Of a DNA stretch of 64,000 nt, positions 37,699-48,300 are shown in pieces (position 1 is the first letter of the stretch; every line of letters starts with the position of its first letter). The position numbers were made by a program, and so were the translations under genes. This stretch comes from an uncultured Bacteroidota bacterium. GTDB taxonomy: Bacteria > Bacteroidota > Ignavibacteria > UBA10030 > UBA6906. The stretch lies in contig CAWEKI010000009.1 in the NCBI GenBank assembly GCA_963809695.1, forward strand, positions 762,376 to 826,375, given 5' to 3'. The notes beneath the pieces were generated by a model, which did no database searches, had not been told where the DNA came from, and was given only the letters and a program-made list of their open reading frames with translations.

Positions 37699-38511
37699 TT
37701 ATCGTATTAATAATATTTTCATGGTGGCAGAGGCTTCCCCGGCCTCAATACGGACGAAAATTGGACCCGATGGCGCTGGCTGCCCATCATCGCCCCGGCC
37801 GTCCCACCGGATTACATGCTCTCCTTTTCCCAAATGCATGCCCTCAAGCCTGCGGACCCTCTCCCCCAACACGTTGAGCAGCTCCACCCGGACTTCGGAC
37901 GGTGCGGGCAAAGCACAGACAAAAGTCGTGGTACCATTGAACGGATTCGGATAATTTCCCACCCGCAACGTCGGGCCATGTTCTCGCTGCAGCAACCCCT
38001 TGATGCCGGCGGGCTTTCCCACCGTCACCACTGTCCCTTCATTGTTGACCGGTATGGCGGCATTTACGGTATCCCGAAGCGCACTGGCGCTGATCTGAAA
38101 CGAAGCAATTCCCGGCCGTACGCCAACAAAGCGAACCAGAGCAAGCCCCCCCGTGCCGCTTTGACCCGAAGGCCCAAGCACGGCTTCGTTCAAAACGATC
38201 TTCCCACCCGCGCTGTCGACATTGCTTGCAAAAAAGGTCGACCCGCTGAAAAACGGGAGGCGTTGCAGCGACTGAAAATGCACAAACACCGTGTCATATG
38301 TAATATCAACGCTGTATGCATGCAGATGCTGGACGTCACTGATCTCCACCACGATGATCAGGACGGAGTCCACCCCGATCTGCTCGGCAGAAGGCAAGAG
38401 GCTGAGCGTTGCTTGCTGAGCGGGGAGTATCCCGGTGCTCGCTAAAAGCAGGATCGCCATAAGCAAAACCATCGTGCATATTTTGTGCATGATGTAACCT
38501 GTCTTGAGCAC
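37699..38511 (-). CDS. cohesin-domain protein with a T9SS C-terminal sorting domain
   Basis: Signal/TM MHKICTMVLLMAILLLASTGILPAQ. Cohesin-like core YSVDITYDTVFVHFQS...GKIVLNEAVLGP...GGLALVRFVGVRPGIASFQI. CTD GNYPNPFNGTTTFVCALP...VELLNVLGERV...MKILLIR. Confidence 0.7.
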   Translation of the reverse strand: MLKTGYIMHKICTMVLLMAILLLASTGILPAQQATLSLLPSAEQIGVDSVLIIVVEISDVQHLHAYSVDITYDTVFVHFQSLQRLPFFSGSTFFASNVDSAGGKIVLNEAVLGPSGQSGTGGLALVRFVGVRPGIASFQISASALRDTVNAAIPVNNEGTVVTVGKPAGIKGLLQREHGPTLRVGNYPNPFNGTTTFVCALPAPSEVRVELLNVLGERVRRLEGMHLGKGEHVIRWDGRGDDGQPAPSGPIFVRIEAGEASATMKILLIR

Positions 38512-38682
38512 TTCCCTCTAGCAGAAAGGATCAGCGACTGCGGATGGGTGCTGACTAACAACGTGTCAGGATGACGGCAAAAATATCAAACCGGAGGCGC
38601 CAGGTGGACGGGACAGAGTCCCGTCCTACAAACAGCGACGTACAATAGTTCACACTTAAACCCAACACCTAGCACCTGACAC

Positions 38683-40938
38683 CTATTTCACCAGCAGCAT
38701 CTTTTTCACCATGTTGAATTCGCCCGCCCGCATGCGGTAGAAATAGACTCCTGTAGCCACTTTCGCGCCCCCGTCGTTCGTGCCCTTCCACTGCACGGTA
38801 TAGAACCCTGCCGGCTGCACTTCATGCACAAGCGTGGCCACCCGTTCCCCGAGCATGTTGTAGATTTCGATGTCCGTCATCGCCTGGGCAGGGACCTGAT
38901 ACTCGATCGTGGTGGTCGGATTGAACGGGTTCGGATAGTTTTGCAGCAACGCAAACACCGTTGGCTCGGTTTCGCCTGCGCCTCTGACTTTCTTCATTTC
39001 CAGCGGCGTATTGCGGCTGCCGCGGGCCTCAAAGCTTGCCAGTTGCACGCGCGGGTTTCCGGTAAACCGGAGCATCGCCACTTCTCCCGGGCGGTCGATC
39101 GCAGAGGCATCAAGCCCCATCACGGCCAGGTCCAGATACACCGTTCGTCCCTCAACCCTGCTCAGCAAGGGGACCGGCGATGCATACTGCTTCAGAAGCT
39201 CTCCCTTTTCCGCTCCGAGGAACGCACCGAATTGTCCGTTGATCTCCAGCTTCAGGCCGCGCACATCAGTCACGCCTCCGCTCAGAACGACCGGGATATT
39301 TATCTCGTTGCCGTTCGCAGCCGGAGCGCCAAGAGAAATTTCCAGCGGCTGGGACGACTGTGCTGCGGCTTTCGGTAGATAATGTCCCGCTGTCTGACCA
39401 TAGCTGATAGAGAAAATCAGGAGATCCTCAAAGTCGATCTTTCCGTCAAGCTGGGGCAGAGAGAAGATGTAATTGTCATTCGTGGGACCGAAATCGTACT
39501 TGACTTTGTATTGGGCCGAGCCGGTGTACCCCTGCACCCCCGCCCAATACGACAACGACCAGGCCGAGAGGTCCTCAAAGTCGACTCTCCCATCGCCCGT
39601 GTTCAAGTTCCCGGGCGCAGTGATATCCGCGAGGTATGCCTTCACTTCTGCCTGCATTGGAATCATATAGGGTTTTTCGTTCCCCTGCAGGATCTCGAAG
39701 TCGGCCCCGATGATCGCCACAGGACTATGCCCCGGCTTAAGCAGCGTGAAGTCCACGCGGGCAATGTAGTTGCCAAGGATGGTGGAGAAATTCCCCCCAT
39801 CGCCTCGGGTGCATTGGATTCTGACCCTGTTTGGACCGTACGGGGTTGTCACAGTTGTCGAGGGGTTATAGGCCTGCCCGGTACCGTAGAGCCCGTTAGG
39901 AGCAGCGCCGAAGGCCACGGTGCTCAATGACATCTTCGCGGCATCCCACTCGAGCGTGATGTCGGCAGATCCAAAATGCGCACCGGCTTCAGGCGCCAGG
40001 TAGACGCTCACAACCTGCGAGCCACTCCAGGACCAGTCGTCACTCCCTACATACGCAGGGCCCGCTGGCCTCCATCCATTGTTGGGATAGATCGAGCCCG
40101 GTGCGGCCACGCTTGGAGATGTCGTTCCGTACAGATGCACCGGGGTGATGGATGGCGTGAAGAAAACGAATGGTGTAAAATGATCCGTCTGGAAAGTGAA
40201 GGACGGGTGGCCGCTGAACACCGGATCGGAAGCAAGGTACGTTCCGTCCACGAGGATCCAGCTCGAGGTGACGTCGCTGAAGTAGGCCAGAGAACTTCCG
40301 GGTCCAAACCCCGCGAGGCCGTTGAGGTCCAGCCGCACCGTCGCTGCAAATGCATGATCGGGCAATGTCGAATTCACGACCAGATAGAACGGAAGACTGT
40401 CCGGAGGCATGGCCGGCAGACCGGTTGGCGGGGTGACGTACGCAATTGCGGAGATGGTCGCGTCACCCGCGGGCTTCGCCGCAAGATTGACCTTCATGTC
40501 GGTTACGCTGTTGCCGTCGACGTCCAGATTGTATTCGGACGGCCCGGTGATGAGATAGTTGTCCGGGGCAAATGTGACGCCGATCGAATGATTGCCCGTC
40601 ACGGTGGAGAAAGTGTGCGTGTTGGCCGGGTTGATCCGCACGCCATCCATCGTCAACGTGGCAACATGGTGGCCGGCAGCCGGGGTCATCGTGAACAGCT
40701 GACTGTCACCATGGTTCACTGGTACGCTCGGGCCGGGAGGAACGATGGCGCCGTTCGCGCCTGCGGTGACTGAGATAGCGTATGTATTGATCCCAAACGT
40801 CGCTTCGATGGAGCGGTTCGAGGTCACATTCGTGAAGTCGTATGACGCAATTTCGCCTTGCGATACATTGTCCACCTTGACGTCAACGACGTGATACCCC
40901 GGGTCCGGGCGTAATGGTGTAGTGCTGGTTCCCGCCAT
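38683..40938 (-). CDS. C-terminal portion of a giant surface protein: InlB-type B-repeats, conserved ~100-aa domain, cohesin-like, dockerin-like pair, T9SS CTD
   Basis: GDGRVDFEDLSAWSLSYWAG and LDGKIDFEDLLIFSISYG (Ca-loop pair). YIARVDFTLLKPGHSPVAI (cohesin-like). The C-terminus ends NYPNPFNPTTTIEYQVP...IEIYNMLGERVATLV...YFYRMRAGEFNMVKKMLLVK. The N-terminus continues the B-repeat periodicity of ORF 40883..42370 across a frame change. Confidence 0.75.
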   Translation of the reverse strand: MAGTSTTPLRPDPGYHVVDVKVDNVSQGEIASYDFTNVTSNRSIEATFGINTYAISVTAGANGAIVPPGPSVPVNHGDSQLFTMTPAAGHHVATLTMDGVRINPANTHTFSTVTGNHSIGVTFAPDNYLITGPSEYNLDVDGNSVTDMKVNLAAKPAGDATISAIAYVTPPTGLPAMPPDSLPFYLVVNSTLPDHAFAATVRLDLNGLAGFGPGSSLAYFSDVTSSWILVDGTYLASDPVFSGHPSFTFQTDHFTPFVFFTPSITPVHLYGTTSPSVAAPGSIYPNNGWRPAGPAYVGSDDWSWSGSQVVSVYLAPEAGAHFGSADITLEWDAAKMSLSTVAFGAAPNGLYGTGQAYNPSTTVTTPYGPNRVRIQCTRGDGGNFSTILGNYIARVDFTLLKPGHSPVAIIGADFEILQGNEKPYMIPMQAEVKAYLADITAPGNLNTGDGRVDFEDLSAWSLSYWAGVQGYTGSAQYKVKYDFGPTNDNYIFSLPQLDGKIDFEDLLIFSISYGQTAGHYLPKAAAQSSQPLEISLGAPAANGNEINIPVVLSGGVTDVRGLKLEINGQFGAFLGAEKGELLKQYASPVPLLSRVEGRTVYLDLAVMGLDASAIDRPGEVAMLRFTGNPRVQLASFEARGSRNTPLEMKKVRGAGETEPTVFALLQNYPNPFNPTTTIEYQVPAQAMTDIEIYNMLGERVATLVHEVQPAGFYTVQWKGTNDGGAKVATGVYFYRMRAGEFNMVKKMLLVK

Positions 40939-42370
40939 AATTCACGGTTGTGGGCCCGGGAGGAGTGATCGTCCCGTGCGAGCCTGCAGTGACCGTGATG
41001 GTAAAGGAATTGATGGTAAATGTGGCAGTAATGGACTTAGCTCCGGTCATCAGGACCGTAAGCGGATTGGTTGTTCCGGTCGCGTCGCCACTCCACCCGG
41101 TAAAGGTCCAGCCGGTTGTTGGATTCGCAGTTAACTGGACGGAAGTGTTGTAGTCATATGACCCTTGATTTGGATTCCTCGTAATGGTTCCGCTTCCGAC
41201 AACCGGTGTGGTCAGCGTATAGCTGTTGATGGCAAAATTCGCGGTGACGGTTTTGTCACCATCCATTGCGATAGTGACCGGGTTGGTCGTCCCCGTTGCG
41301 TCGCCGGTCCAGCCGGTGAATGAATATCCGGCGTTTGGAGTTGCCGTCAATTCCACGTTCTGGTTGTACCCGTAGGTCGGAAGATCTGGATCCCTGGCCA
41401 CAGTCCCGTTCGTCGCCACGATAGTCAGGTTGTATGCATTTGCAGTGAATGTGGCTGTGATGGACTTGTTGCCATCCATGGTCACAGTAAGAGGATTGGT
41501 CGACCCGGTCGCATTTCCGCTCCACCCTGTGAATGTGTAGCCAGCGGCCGCTGATGCCGTCAATCCGACTGTCGCGCCGTGGTTGTAAGAAGGCAGGTCA
41601 GGATTCTTGACCACCGACCCGCTGCCCACCGTGTTCACGGTCAGTGTATATGTCTTGAGCTTGAACGTGGCGTGAATGGTGTGTGGCGCGATAACGTTCG
41701 TGAACGGGTAGGACGTCACGGCTCCCACGGATATGCCGTCGACCAGCACGTCATCCACCTGGTAGGTTTCGTCAGGTGTAATAGTATACGTCTGGCTTCC
41801 ATTCACCGGCACTTGTGTGTCCCCCAGTGGTGAAATGGTGCCATGTGGTCCTGCCGAGGCAGTAATGGTCAATGTGCTCAGCGAGAAGGTGGCAGTGATG
41901 TTCTTGGCGGAATTCATGATCACCGTCAACGGATTCACCGTGCTGATCGTATCACCAGTCCACCCTGCGAAGACAAACCCGGAGCCCGGGTTGGCGGTAG
42001 CCAGAACCCCGCTGCCATGGTCATACGCTCCCTGGTCCGGGACCTTTGACACCGTTCCCGTCCCGGAGACCGTCACGTTGAGCGGATAGCTGTTGAGGGC
42101 AAATGAAGCCGAAATCGAGTGAGGGCCCGTGACCCCCGTGAACGTATGCGAAGTGATCGCCCCCTGCGAAACATCATCGACCAGCACATCAGCGACGTGA
42201 TATCCATAATTGGGTTCAATACTAAATGTCTGGTTTGTCCCATAGGCTACCACCACGGAACCACTTGGATCGATAGACCCATTGGCCCCGGCACTCGCGG
42301 TGATGACGGGGTTGACAGTCTGCGACGTGGTGTTCTGACTTGTGAGGTAGTTCGCGTCACCGCTGTACAC
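40883..42370 (-). CDS. middle portion of the same giant protein: about 7 tandem InlB-type B-repeat (Listeria-Bacteroides repeat) domains
   Basis: Repeated about 70-aa units Y-x-L-T-V-x-x-x-G-x-G-x-V-x-x-x-P-x-x-x-x-Y-x-x-G-x-x-V-x-L-T-A-x-x-x-x-G-Y-x-F-x-G-W-x-G-D-x-x-G-x-x-N-P-x-T-x-x-M-x-x-x-K-x-x-T-A-x-F. Confidence 0.75.
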   Translation of the reverse strand: MYSGDANYLTSQNTTSQTVNPVITASAGANGSIDPSGSVVVAYGTNQTFSIEPNYGYHVADVLVDDVSQGAITSHTFTGVTGPHSISASFALNSYPLNVTVSGTGTVSKVPDQGAYDHGSGVLATANPGSGFVFAGWTGDTISTVNPLTVIMNSAKNITATFSLSTLTITASAGPHGTISPLGDTQVPVNGSQTYTITPDETYQVDDVLVDGISVGAVTSYPFTNVIAPHTIHATFKLKTYTLTVNTVGSGSVVKNPDLPSYNHGATVGLTASAAAGYTFTGWSGNATGSTNPLTVTMDGNKSITATFTANAYNLTIVATNGTVARDPDLPTYGYNQNVELTATPNAGYSFTGWTGDATGTTNPVTIAMDGDKTVTANFAINSYTLTTPVVGSGTITRNPNQGSYDYNTSVQLTANPTTGWTFTGWSGDATGTTNPLTVLMTGAKSITATFTINSFTITVTAGSHGTITPPGPTTVNYGGNQHYTITPGPGVSRR

Positions 42371-42998
42371 TGCCGTGGATCGTATGCGCGCCGGGTGTTA
42401 ATGCAGTCGTGGAAAATGTTGCCGAGCCAGTTGTAATAGTCCCGGTGCCCAGCACGACCGCTCCCTCCTTGAAGTCCACTGATCCGGTGGCACCGGAAGG
42501 AGTCACCGTGGCCGTGAACAGTACCGACTCCCCGGAATATGAAGGGTTTGGAGCCCCGTTCACAGCGGTTGATGTCGAGCCTTTATCCACCGTGAGTGTC
42601 TGCGGCCCCGTCGTTCCTCCTCCCGGGCCCGCATTGACAACCGTGATGTTCCGCGAACCGGCGGTCAGCAGATCGGAGGCAGGGATCGTGGCGGTAAGCT
42701 GAATTGAGCTCACGAACGACGTGGAGCGGGGACTTCCGTTCAGATTGACTGTGGAGACCCCATCAATGAAGTTCGTGCCGTTCACGGTGAGCGAGAACTG
42801 CGCATCGCCGACCGCCTTTGTCGTTGGACTGATGGATGAAAGTGTCGGGGCCGGATTGGTGACGTTTATTTGTCCATCAGTCACGGTCGCTGCAATCGTG
42901 TTGTTCAATGGATCGCGCAACGTCACGGTGATATCGACAGGGCTTCCTCCTGCCTTTGAGAGGGATAAAACTAATCGTGAACAACGTGCCGGTGCCAT
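42357..42998 (-). CDS. portion of the same giant protein: IPT/TIG-like Ig-fold domains
   Basis: SISPTTKAVGDAQFSLTVNGTNFIDGVSTVNLNGSPRSTSFVSSIQLTATIPASDLLTAGSRNITVVN shows the IPT/TIG pattern. It overlaps its neighbours in different frames. Confidence 0.6.
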   Translation of the reverse strand: MAPARCSRLVLSLSKAGGSPVDITVTLRDPLNNTIAATVTDGQINVTNPAPTLSSISPTTKAVGDAQFSLTVNGTNFIDGVSTVNLNGSPRSTSFVSSIQLTATIPASDLLTAGSRNITVVNAGPGGGTTGPQTLTVDKGSTSTAVNGAPNPSYSGESVLFTATVTPSGATGSVDFKEGAVVLGTGTITTGSATFSTTALTPGAHTIHGSVQR

Positions 42999-43389
42999 TT
43001 GCGGGGGTCGTTCCTATGACAGCCTGATCAACGACTACAGTCTGTACAGACGGACCCGGGGCCGGGGCAGCCTGGAAGACATCGCCGGCTTCGTTCATCA
43101 CCGACCCACGCGTCACACCGTTGTATTGCACCACCGTGTTGTCGAACGTGAATTCCACGTGGGAGGCCTGGAGGTTGCTGACGCCGTTGATCTGCACGGC
43201 CACGTCAAATGCGGGATCTCCGGCGACGGCGTCCTTCGTCGCTGGCGAAACCAGCACGGTTTGCGACCAGGCAAATTGCACGGAGAGTGCCAGCACCAAC
43301 GTCAGGGGCAGCACCCTTACAGGAATCTTCCTCGAATACATTGTACACCTCATCTTAGTGGAATAGGTGTGGCAACAGGGGGATCTCAC
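42877..43389 (-). CDS. N-terminal portion of the same giant protein: signal peptide plus a cohesin-like domain
   Basis: Signal peptide VRVLPLTLVLALSVQFAWSQ followed by FDVAVQINGVSNLQASHVEFTFDNTVVQYN...AVIGTTPANGTGTLFTISFIPLKG. Confidence 0.6.
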   Translation of the reverse strand: MRSPCCHTYSTKMRCTMYSRKIPVRVLPLTLVLALSVQFAWSQTVLVSPATKDAVAGDPAFDVAVQINGVSNLQASHVEFTFDNTVVQYNGVTRGSVMNEAGDVFQAAPAPGPSVQTVVVDQAVIGTTPANGTGTLFTISFIPLKGRRKPCRYHRDVARSIEQHDCSDRD

Positions 43390-43457
43390 CTACCCCCCTA
43401 CCCCCCCTCCCTCTCTTACAGCAAGAGAGGGAGGGGGGACCAAGGGGGGAGGGTGAG

Positions 43458-46400
43458 TTACTTCAAGAAAATCATCTTGCGCACGTTCGTGAACGATCCG
43501 CTCTTGAACCGGTAGAGATACATACCCGAGCCAAGCGTTCGGCCTGACTTATCCTCTCCGCGCCATTGCACCGTGTAGAAACCCGGCTCCCGCTGCTCGT
43601 CCACAAGCGTCGTGACAAGTTCGCCAAGCAGATTGAATATCTCGATCCTGACCGGACCGGCTGTCGGCACCTCGTATTCGATGGTCGTGCTCGGGTTGAA
43701 CGGGTTCGGATAGTTCTGCGAGAGGCTGTACTGCACCGGCTGGTAATCGCCGGCGCCCGCCTTGCGTGTCATGTTCACGGGAGTATTCGCACTCGTACGC
43801 GCCGCGGTTGCAGCGAGATGTACCCGCGGATTGCCTGCGAACCGGAGGACGAGTAACTCTCCCGGCCTTCCGATAGCATCGGTTCCAAGTCCGAGGACCG
43901 CGCAATCCACCTGAACGTTCCGCTCATTCGCTTTCGAGACAATCAGTGCCTGTGAGGTGTACGGTTGCATCAGGTTCCCCTTTTCCGCTCCCAGGAATGA
44001 TTCGAACTGTCCCGTCAATTCCAGGTGCACCGAGCGCAGGTCGGAGACGCTCCCCTCGATCGAAACCGGGATCCGTGTTTCTCCCGCAGCAGCCATCGGC
44101 TGGCTCAGGGAAATCTCCACGGGCTCAACACTCGGCGCCGTGACTTTCGGCAGCTGGCTCTTTGCGTTCAAGCCGTAGACAATGGAAAAGATCGAGAGAT
44201 CCTCAAAATCGATCTTGCCGTCAAGTGTTGGACGGCTGAATACATAGTGGTTACCCGTCGGGCCAATGTCGTATTTGGCCATGTAGTGCTCCATACTGCC
44301 GCCAACGATCGCGGTTCCGGAAAAGTACGAGATAGACCATGGCGACAGGTCGCTGAAATCGATCACGCCATCACCTGTGGACTCGGTGCTGGAGGATGCC
44401 ACGTCACCCAGGTAGGCTCTCACTTCGGCCTGCCGCGGCACCACCTGGATGGTGGCCATAGGCCCTCCTTCCACAAACGACCTGAAGTCCGTTCCGATCA
44501 AAGCGACGGCACTATGCCCCGGCTTCAGGAGCGTGAAATTCACTCTGGCTATATAGTCTCCGGCCGCCGCCGTGAGATTGGTCCCATCCATCACCGCGCA
44601 ATGGATCCTGACGCGGTTCTGGGTCCCAAGCTGGTCTGTCAGTGTTGTGACGCTATAACTATGTCCGGTCCCGAACAGGCCGTTGGGCGTTCCCGCGCTG
44701 TCGAAGCTGACGCCGGCAAAGCTCATGAGGCTGGCATCCCACTCCAAAGTGACGTCGCATGCACCAAACTGCAACCCGGTTTCCGGCACGATGTAGGCGC
44801 TCACCGCCTGAGTACCGGTCCAGGTCCAATCATTTGGATCATAGCTTGTAATTGGACCCCATGCCGTGTTCGGACAGAGCACTCCGCCGGCCGCAACGGT
44901 TGGATCAGCGCTTACAAAGATTTGTTTCGAGCCAGCTCCGGCATCGTAAAATGTGAACGACGTGAAGTGATCGGTCTGGAATGTAAATGAAGGATGGTCG
45001 CCGAACGCGCCGTCACTGAGGGCATATGTTCCCGGCACCTGGATCCATGAGCTGGTGATTTCATTAAAGTAGGCCAGCGAGCAGTCGCTGTCAAAGCCCG
45101 TGACCCCGGCCATATCCATGCTCACCGTCGCCATGAACGCGTGGCTTGGGATAGTGGATGTGATCATGAGATAATACGGGAGAGCGCCAGGGGGGGGAGC
45201 CGGTGCATCGCCGGGGGGAGCGAGGAAAAGCACCGGTGATACACTCCCCCCTCCGGCCGGCAGCTTTGAAAAACTCATTCGCATGTCCGTGGACCCATCC
45301 CCGTTCAGGTCTATATTGAATCCCCCGATTGCGGCAACGGGATAATCGTCCTGGGCAAATGTCGCAGCGATGGTGTGATTCGCAGTGACATTTGGGAATA
45401 GATAGGGCGACACGGGATTCACGAATGCGCCATCGACGGCCAGGCTGCCCAGGTGGTAGCCACCCGCAGGCGTCATCGTGAATGATTGGTCCGCCCCGCT
45501 CGCGACTGGAACAGAACCTGATGGCGATATGGACCCGTTGCTTCCGGCCGAGGCCGTGATGGTCAGGCTGGGGGCTGTCACTGGCCCGACTGGCGAGCTC
45601 TGCACAGCAAGACCGGGGGACGCGCCTGTCTGAGCAACGGGCGTGACTTCGAACTTTATGGACTTGCCGAGATCGTCGGAGACCAGGGTATACGTGGTTG
45701 CTGTTGCCCCCGACATTTCCACGTTGTCCGCCAGCCAGCGGAATGTGGAGGTCCCTTCAGGATCTACCTCGGCATCCGCATAGGTGTAATGTCCGGTGAG
45801 CAGCTGACCCACCTGGGCTGTGCCGGTAATGTTCACGCCGGATGCAGTCGGGGGGGTGTTGAATGTAATGTTGAAGGGCGCTCCTGGTGTCACCCAGCTA
45901 TGCCCGCTGTTTATGATAATGCCATTGACTGTTGTTCCGGCGGAACCAGTGACTGCCGTTCCACCACCTTCGTTCAGGCTCCATCTCGCTACGAGTCCCG
46001 TTTGCAGTGAGGAAATCTGAGAGTTGATGGTTGCTCGTATATCTTCTTGTGTTCTGGCATAGTTCCAGATGCGTGCTTCATCGAGAACGCCATCAAAGTG
46101 CCCCTCGGTAACGCCGGTGGAATTCAATGCAGTCCCGAGGCCTGCATGTTGAATACAATCGGACCGTGGCGTGCCACCATCCGTGTACAGGCTTCTCTCG
46201 AGGTTACCATTGAGGTACAGTCTCCAGGTAGCTCCATCAAAGGTCGCGGCAGCATGATACCAGGTGTCATTTGAAATTACCGTTGTTCCCTTGACCGGAT
46301 GGTTTAATCCATCTGCCCCTGGTCCTCCGGGAGCCTCTTCAAAATCGGCAGCAATCACATTGTCAGTGCCGTCAATTCCCAGGAAGTAGTTCATGTCCAC

Positions 46401-47627
46401 ATTGCTTCCCTCGGCTTCTCCCCGCCCTTTTGTGACCAGGGGTATCGCATACATACCTCCAGTCCCGGTATTCGTGGTTGACCCGGCACCCTCTCGTTTG
46501 AACCACGTCTCAATCGTAAATGTGGCCAACTTCAGGGGAGCTGCATCTCCGAACGTTACATACGCAGTGCCGGAACCCATATCGAGAGCGTAGCTTCCCT
46601 CTGCAGGTGTCGTCACGTCAACAGTGTTGGAGTTTGCGCTTGTACCTACAAAGTTATATGCGCGCACGCGATAGTGATATTCCGTGGAAGCCAACAGGCC
46701 ACTCACGGCCCTACTCGTCCCCCCTACTGCAAGATCCTGGTAGCCGGGAATGTATGATCCAAACCCGGCATCTGTCGAGACGTCAAGGCGATAACCGGTA
46801 GCGCCAGAAACAGCGTTCCAATTCGCCGTGAAGCCGTTGAATATGACATTTGTGGCAGGAATCGCCACAGGAATATCAGGTGCGACCGGTGGGTTGTAGT
46901 TGTATGTTACACGAAGGAGCGGGCGAAGTCCCGCTGTGGTATATTCGCTCGAGTAGAAATAGACCCCACTGGTCCCCGAAGGTCGGAACAACCAGCCTTT
47001 GTTCAACGCAGGATTTGCAGCCCAGGCGGTCAGACTGCTGGTCACGTTGACGGAGAATGTGTCGGCCGTCCCTGCCATTGCCGCACCAACACGAGTCCCA
47101 TAATCAGATGGATCTACGCCTGGAGCAACTCCAAACGAGTTGAAAGTTGTCGATTCATTCCAATCTACCAGTACTTCGTTGACATTTGCAGAGTCCCCTG
47201 TGTCGTTCACGTAGTAATCCAAGTATGCGGAGGCAATGGTTGCATTTGGGGGAATCCTGACAGGGGAGTTGACGAATATGTTGGTGAACTGGAGCAAACC
47301 GAATCTCCAACTTGGACTAGTTGTCTCCATCGAATCCCAGCCAACATTGTTCTCGGTGCCATGTGCTGTGGTCGGAGTCACTTGCTGGAGGTAGGTATCC
47401 AACGTCCCGGCATAGGTGTTCAATCCTTCCTGAATTGTGACGCTGGCCAGAAATGGTGATCCCGGCGTGAACCACGTGGGACCATTCGTGAGTGTTCCGG
47501 TGGCACCACCGGAAACCGAATTGTTTGCAGTAATGCCCGAGCCTTCATTCAATCCCCATCGGGCTACAAGCCCTGTACCCGAAGTAATCTCAATCCCCAT
47601 TCCCGCTTGTATCTCAGATTGGCTCAA
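43458..47627 (-). CDS. giant T9SS surface protein (1389-aa ORF): LamG domains, FN3, InlB-type B-repeat, conserved domain, cohesin-like, dockerin-like pair, CTD
   Basis: LamG hallmarks (FTIETWFKREGAG...WYHAAATFDGATWRLYLNG...DEARIWNYARTQEDI). FN3 (TANWNAVSGATGYRLDVSTDAGF...EYHYRVRAYN). Ca-loop pair GDGVIDFSDL / LDGKIDFEDL. CTD NYPNPFNPSTTIEYEVP...YLYRFKSGSFTNVRKMIFLK. Its true N-terminus is ORF 47632..48300. Confidence 0.8.
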   Translation of the reverse strand: MSQSEIQAGMGIEITSGTGLVARWGLNEGSGITANNSVSGGATGTLTNGPTWFTPGSPFLASVTIQEGLNTYAGTLDTYLQQVTPTTAHGTENNVGWDSMETTSPSWRFGLLQFTNIFVNSPVRIPPNATIASAYLDYYVNDTGDSANVNEVLVDWNESTTFNSFGVAPGVDPSDYGTRVGAAMAGTADTFSVNVTSSLTAWAANPALNKGWLFRPSGTSGVYFYSSEYTTAGLRPLLRVTYNYNPPVAPDIPVAIPATNVIFNGFTANWNAVSGATGYRLDVSTDAGFGSYIPGYQDLAVGGTSRAVSGLLASTEYHYRVRAYNFVGTSANSNTVDVTTPAEGSYALDMGSGTAYVTFGDAAPLKLATFTIETWFKREGAGSTTNTGTGGMYAIPLVTKGRGEAEGSNVDMNYFLGIDGTDNVIAADFEEAPGGPGADGLNHPVKGTTVISNDTWYHAAATFDGATWRLYLNGNLERSLYTDGGTPRSDCIQHAGLGTALNSTGVTEGHFDGVLDEARIWNYARTQEDIRATINSQISSLQTGLVARWSLNEGGGTAVTGSAGTTVNGIIINSGHSWVTPGAPFNITFNTPPTASGVNITGTAQVGQLLTGHYTYADAEVDPEGTSTFRWLADNVEMSGATATTYTLVSDDLGKSIKFEVTPVAQTGASPGLAVQSSPVGPVTAPSLTITASAGSNGSISPSGSVPVASGADQSFTMTPAGGYHLGSLAVDGAFVNPVSPYLFPNVTANHTIAATFAQDDYPVAAIGGFNIDLNGDGSTDMRMSFSKLPAGGGSVSPVLFLAPPGDAPAPPPGALPYYLMITSTIPSHAFMATVSMDMAGVTGFDSDCSLAYFNEITSSWIQVPGTYALSDGAFGDHPSFTFQTDHFTSFTFYDAGAGSKQIFVSADPTVAAGGVLCPNTAWGPITSYDPNDWTWTGTQAVSAYIVPETGLQFGACDVTLEWDASLMSFAGVSFDSAGTPNGLFGTGHSYSVTTLTDQLGTQNRVRIHCAVMDGTNLTAAAGDYIARVNFTLLKPGHSAVALIGTDFRSFVEGGPMATIQVVPRQAEVRAYLGDVASSSTESTGDGVIDFSDLSPWSISYFSGTAIVGGSMEHYMAKYDIGPTGNHYVFSRPTLDGKIDFEDLSIFSIVYGLNAKSQLPKVTAPSVEPVEISLSQPMAAAGETRIPVSIEGSVSDLRSVHLELTGQFESFLGAEKGNLMQPYTSQALIVSKANERNVQVDCAVLGLGTDAIGRPGELLVLRFAGNPRVHLAATAARTSANTPVNMTRKAGAGDYQPVQYSLSQNYPNPFNPSTTIEYEVPTAGPVRIEIFNLLGELVTTLVDEQREPGFYTVQWRGEDKSGRTLGSGMYLYRFKSGSFTNVRKMIFLK

Positions 47628-47631
47628 TGCT

Positions 47632-48300
47632 CTAGTTCCAGATCCTCACTTCATCCATTTGACCTTGAAAGAAACCCGCAGCCGTCCCGTTTGAAGTCAT
47701 GCCAGTGGCAATTCCAGCACGCTGGATACTTGTTGCTTCGGGTGTCGCATTTACCGCAAGGGTCACCTCCAACTGGCCATTGAGATATAGTATCCAGGTA
47801 GTACCATCATATGTGGCAGCAGCATGATACCAGACGTTATTTGAGATCGTTGTGGTACCGAGAACCGGATGGTTCCCCCCATTAGCAGCATCCTCGAAGT
47901 CAGCGCCCAGAACATTCGTACTGTTAACCCCCAGGAAATAGTTCATGTTGAGATTTGCGGGAGTCTCCGCCTCACCTCTACCCTTGGTAACAAGGGGCAC
48001 TATTGTTGTCAATCCACCGTTGCCAGTGCTCGTCTGTACTCCATTGCCTGTCTTTTTGAACCACGTTTCTAAAGTGAATTGCGACAGCTTGAGACTTGCT
48101 GAATCCCCGAAGGTAACGTAGTCGTTCGAACCGTCGAACTGCAACCCCGTCTGTGCTTGCACGGCAGAACTCACACTTGCCAGCATTGCACAAATCACCA
48201 GTGCAAGGAAGAACTTCCTTTGGATAGAGTACCGGTCTGGTCTCATGATCAACTCCGACACATTATTCTGAAGAATACCAGGAAAAAACTTGTTGCGCAT
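47632..48300 (-). CDS. N-terminal fragment (signal peptide plus first LamG domain) of the 43458..47627 gene, separated by a 1-nt frameshift or stop near 47630
   Basis: Signal peptide FFLALVICAMLASVSSAVQAQ. LamG FTLETWFKKTGNG...WYHAAATYDGTTWILYLNG...DEVRIWN then TAG. The next frame reads TRALSQSEIQAG and continues into the downstream ORF; compare RIWNYARTQEDI inside that ORF. Confidence 0.7.
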   Translation of the reverse strand: MRNKFFPGILQNNVSELIMRPDRYSIQRKFFLALVICAMLASVSSAVQAQTGLQFDGSNDYVTFGDSASLKLSQFTLETWFKKTGNGVQTSTGNGGLTTIVPLVTKGRGEAETPANLNMNYFLGVNSTNVLGADFEDAANGGNHPVLGTTTISNNVWYHAAATYDGTTWILYLNGQLEVTLAVNATPEATSIQRAGIATGMTSNGTAAGFFQGQMDEVRIWN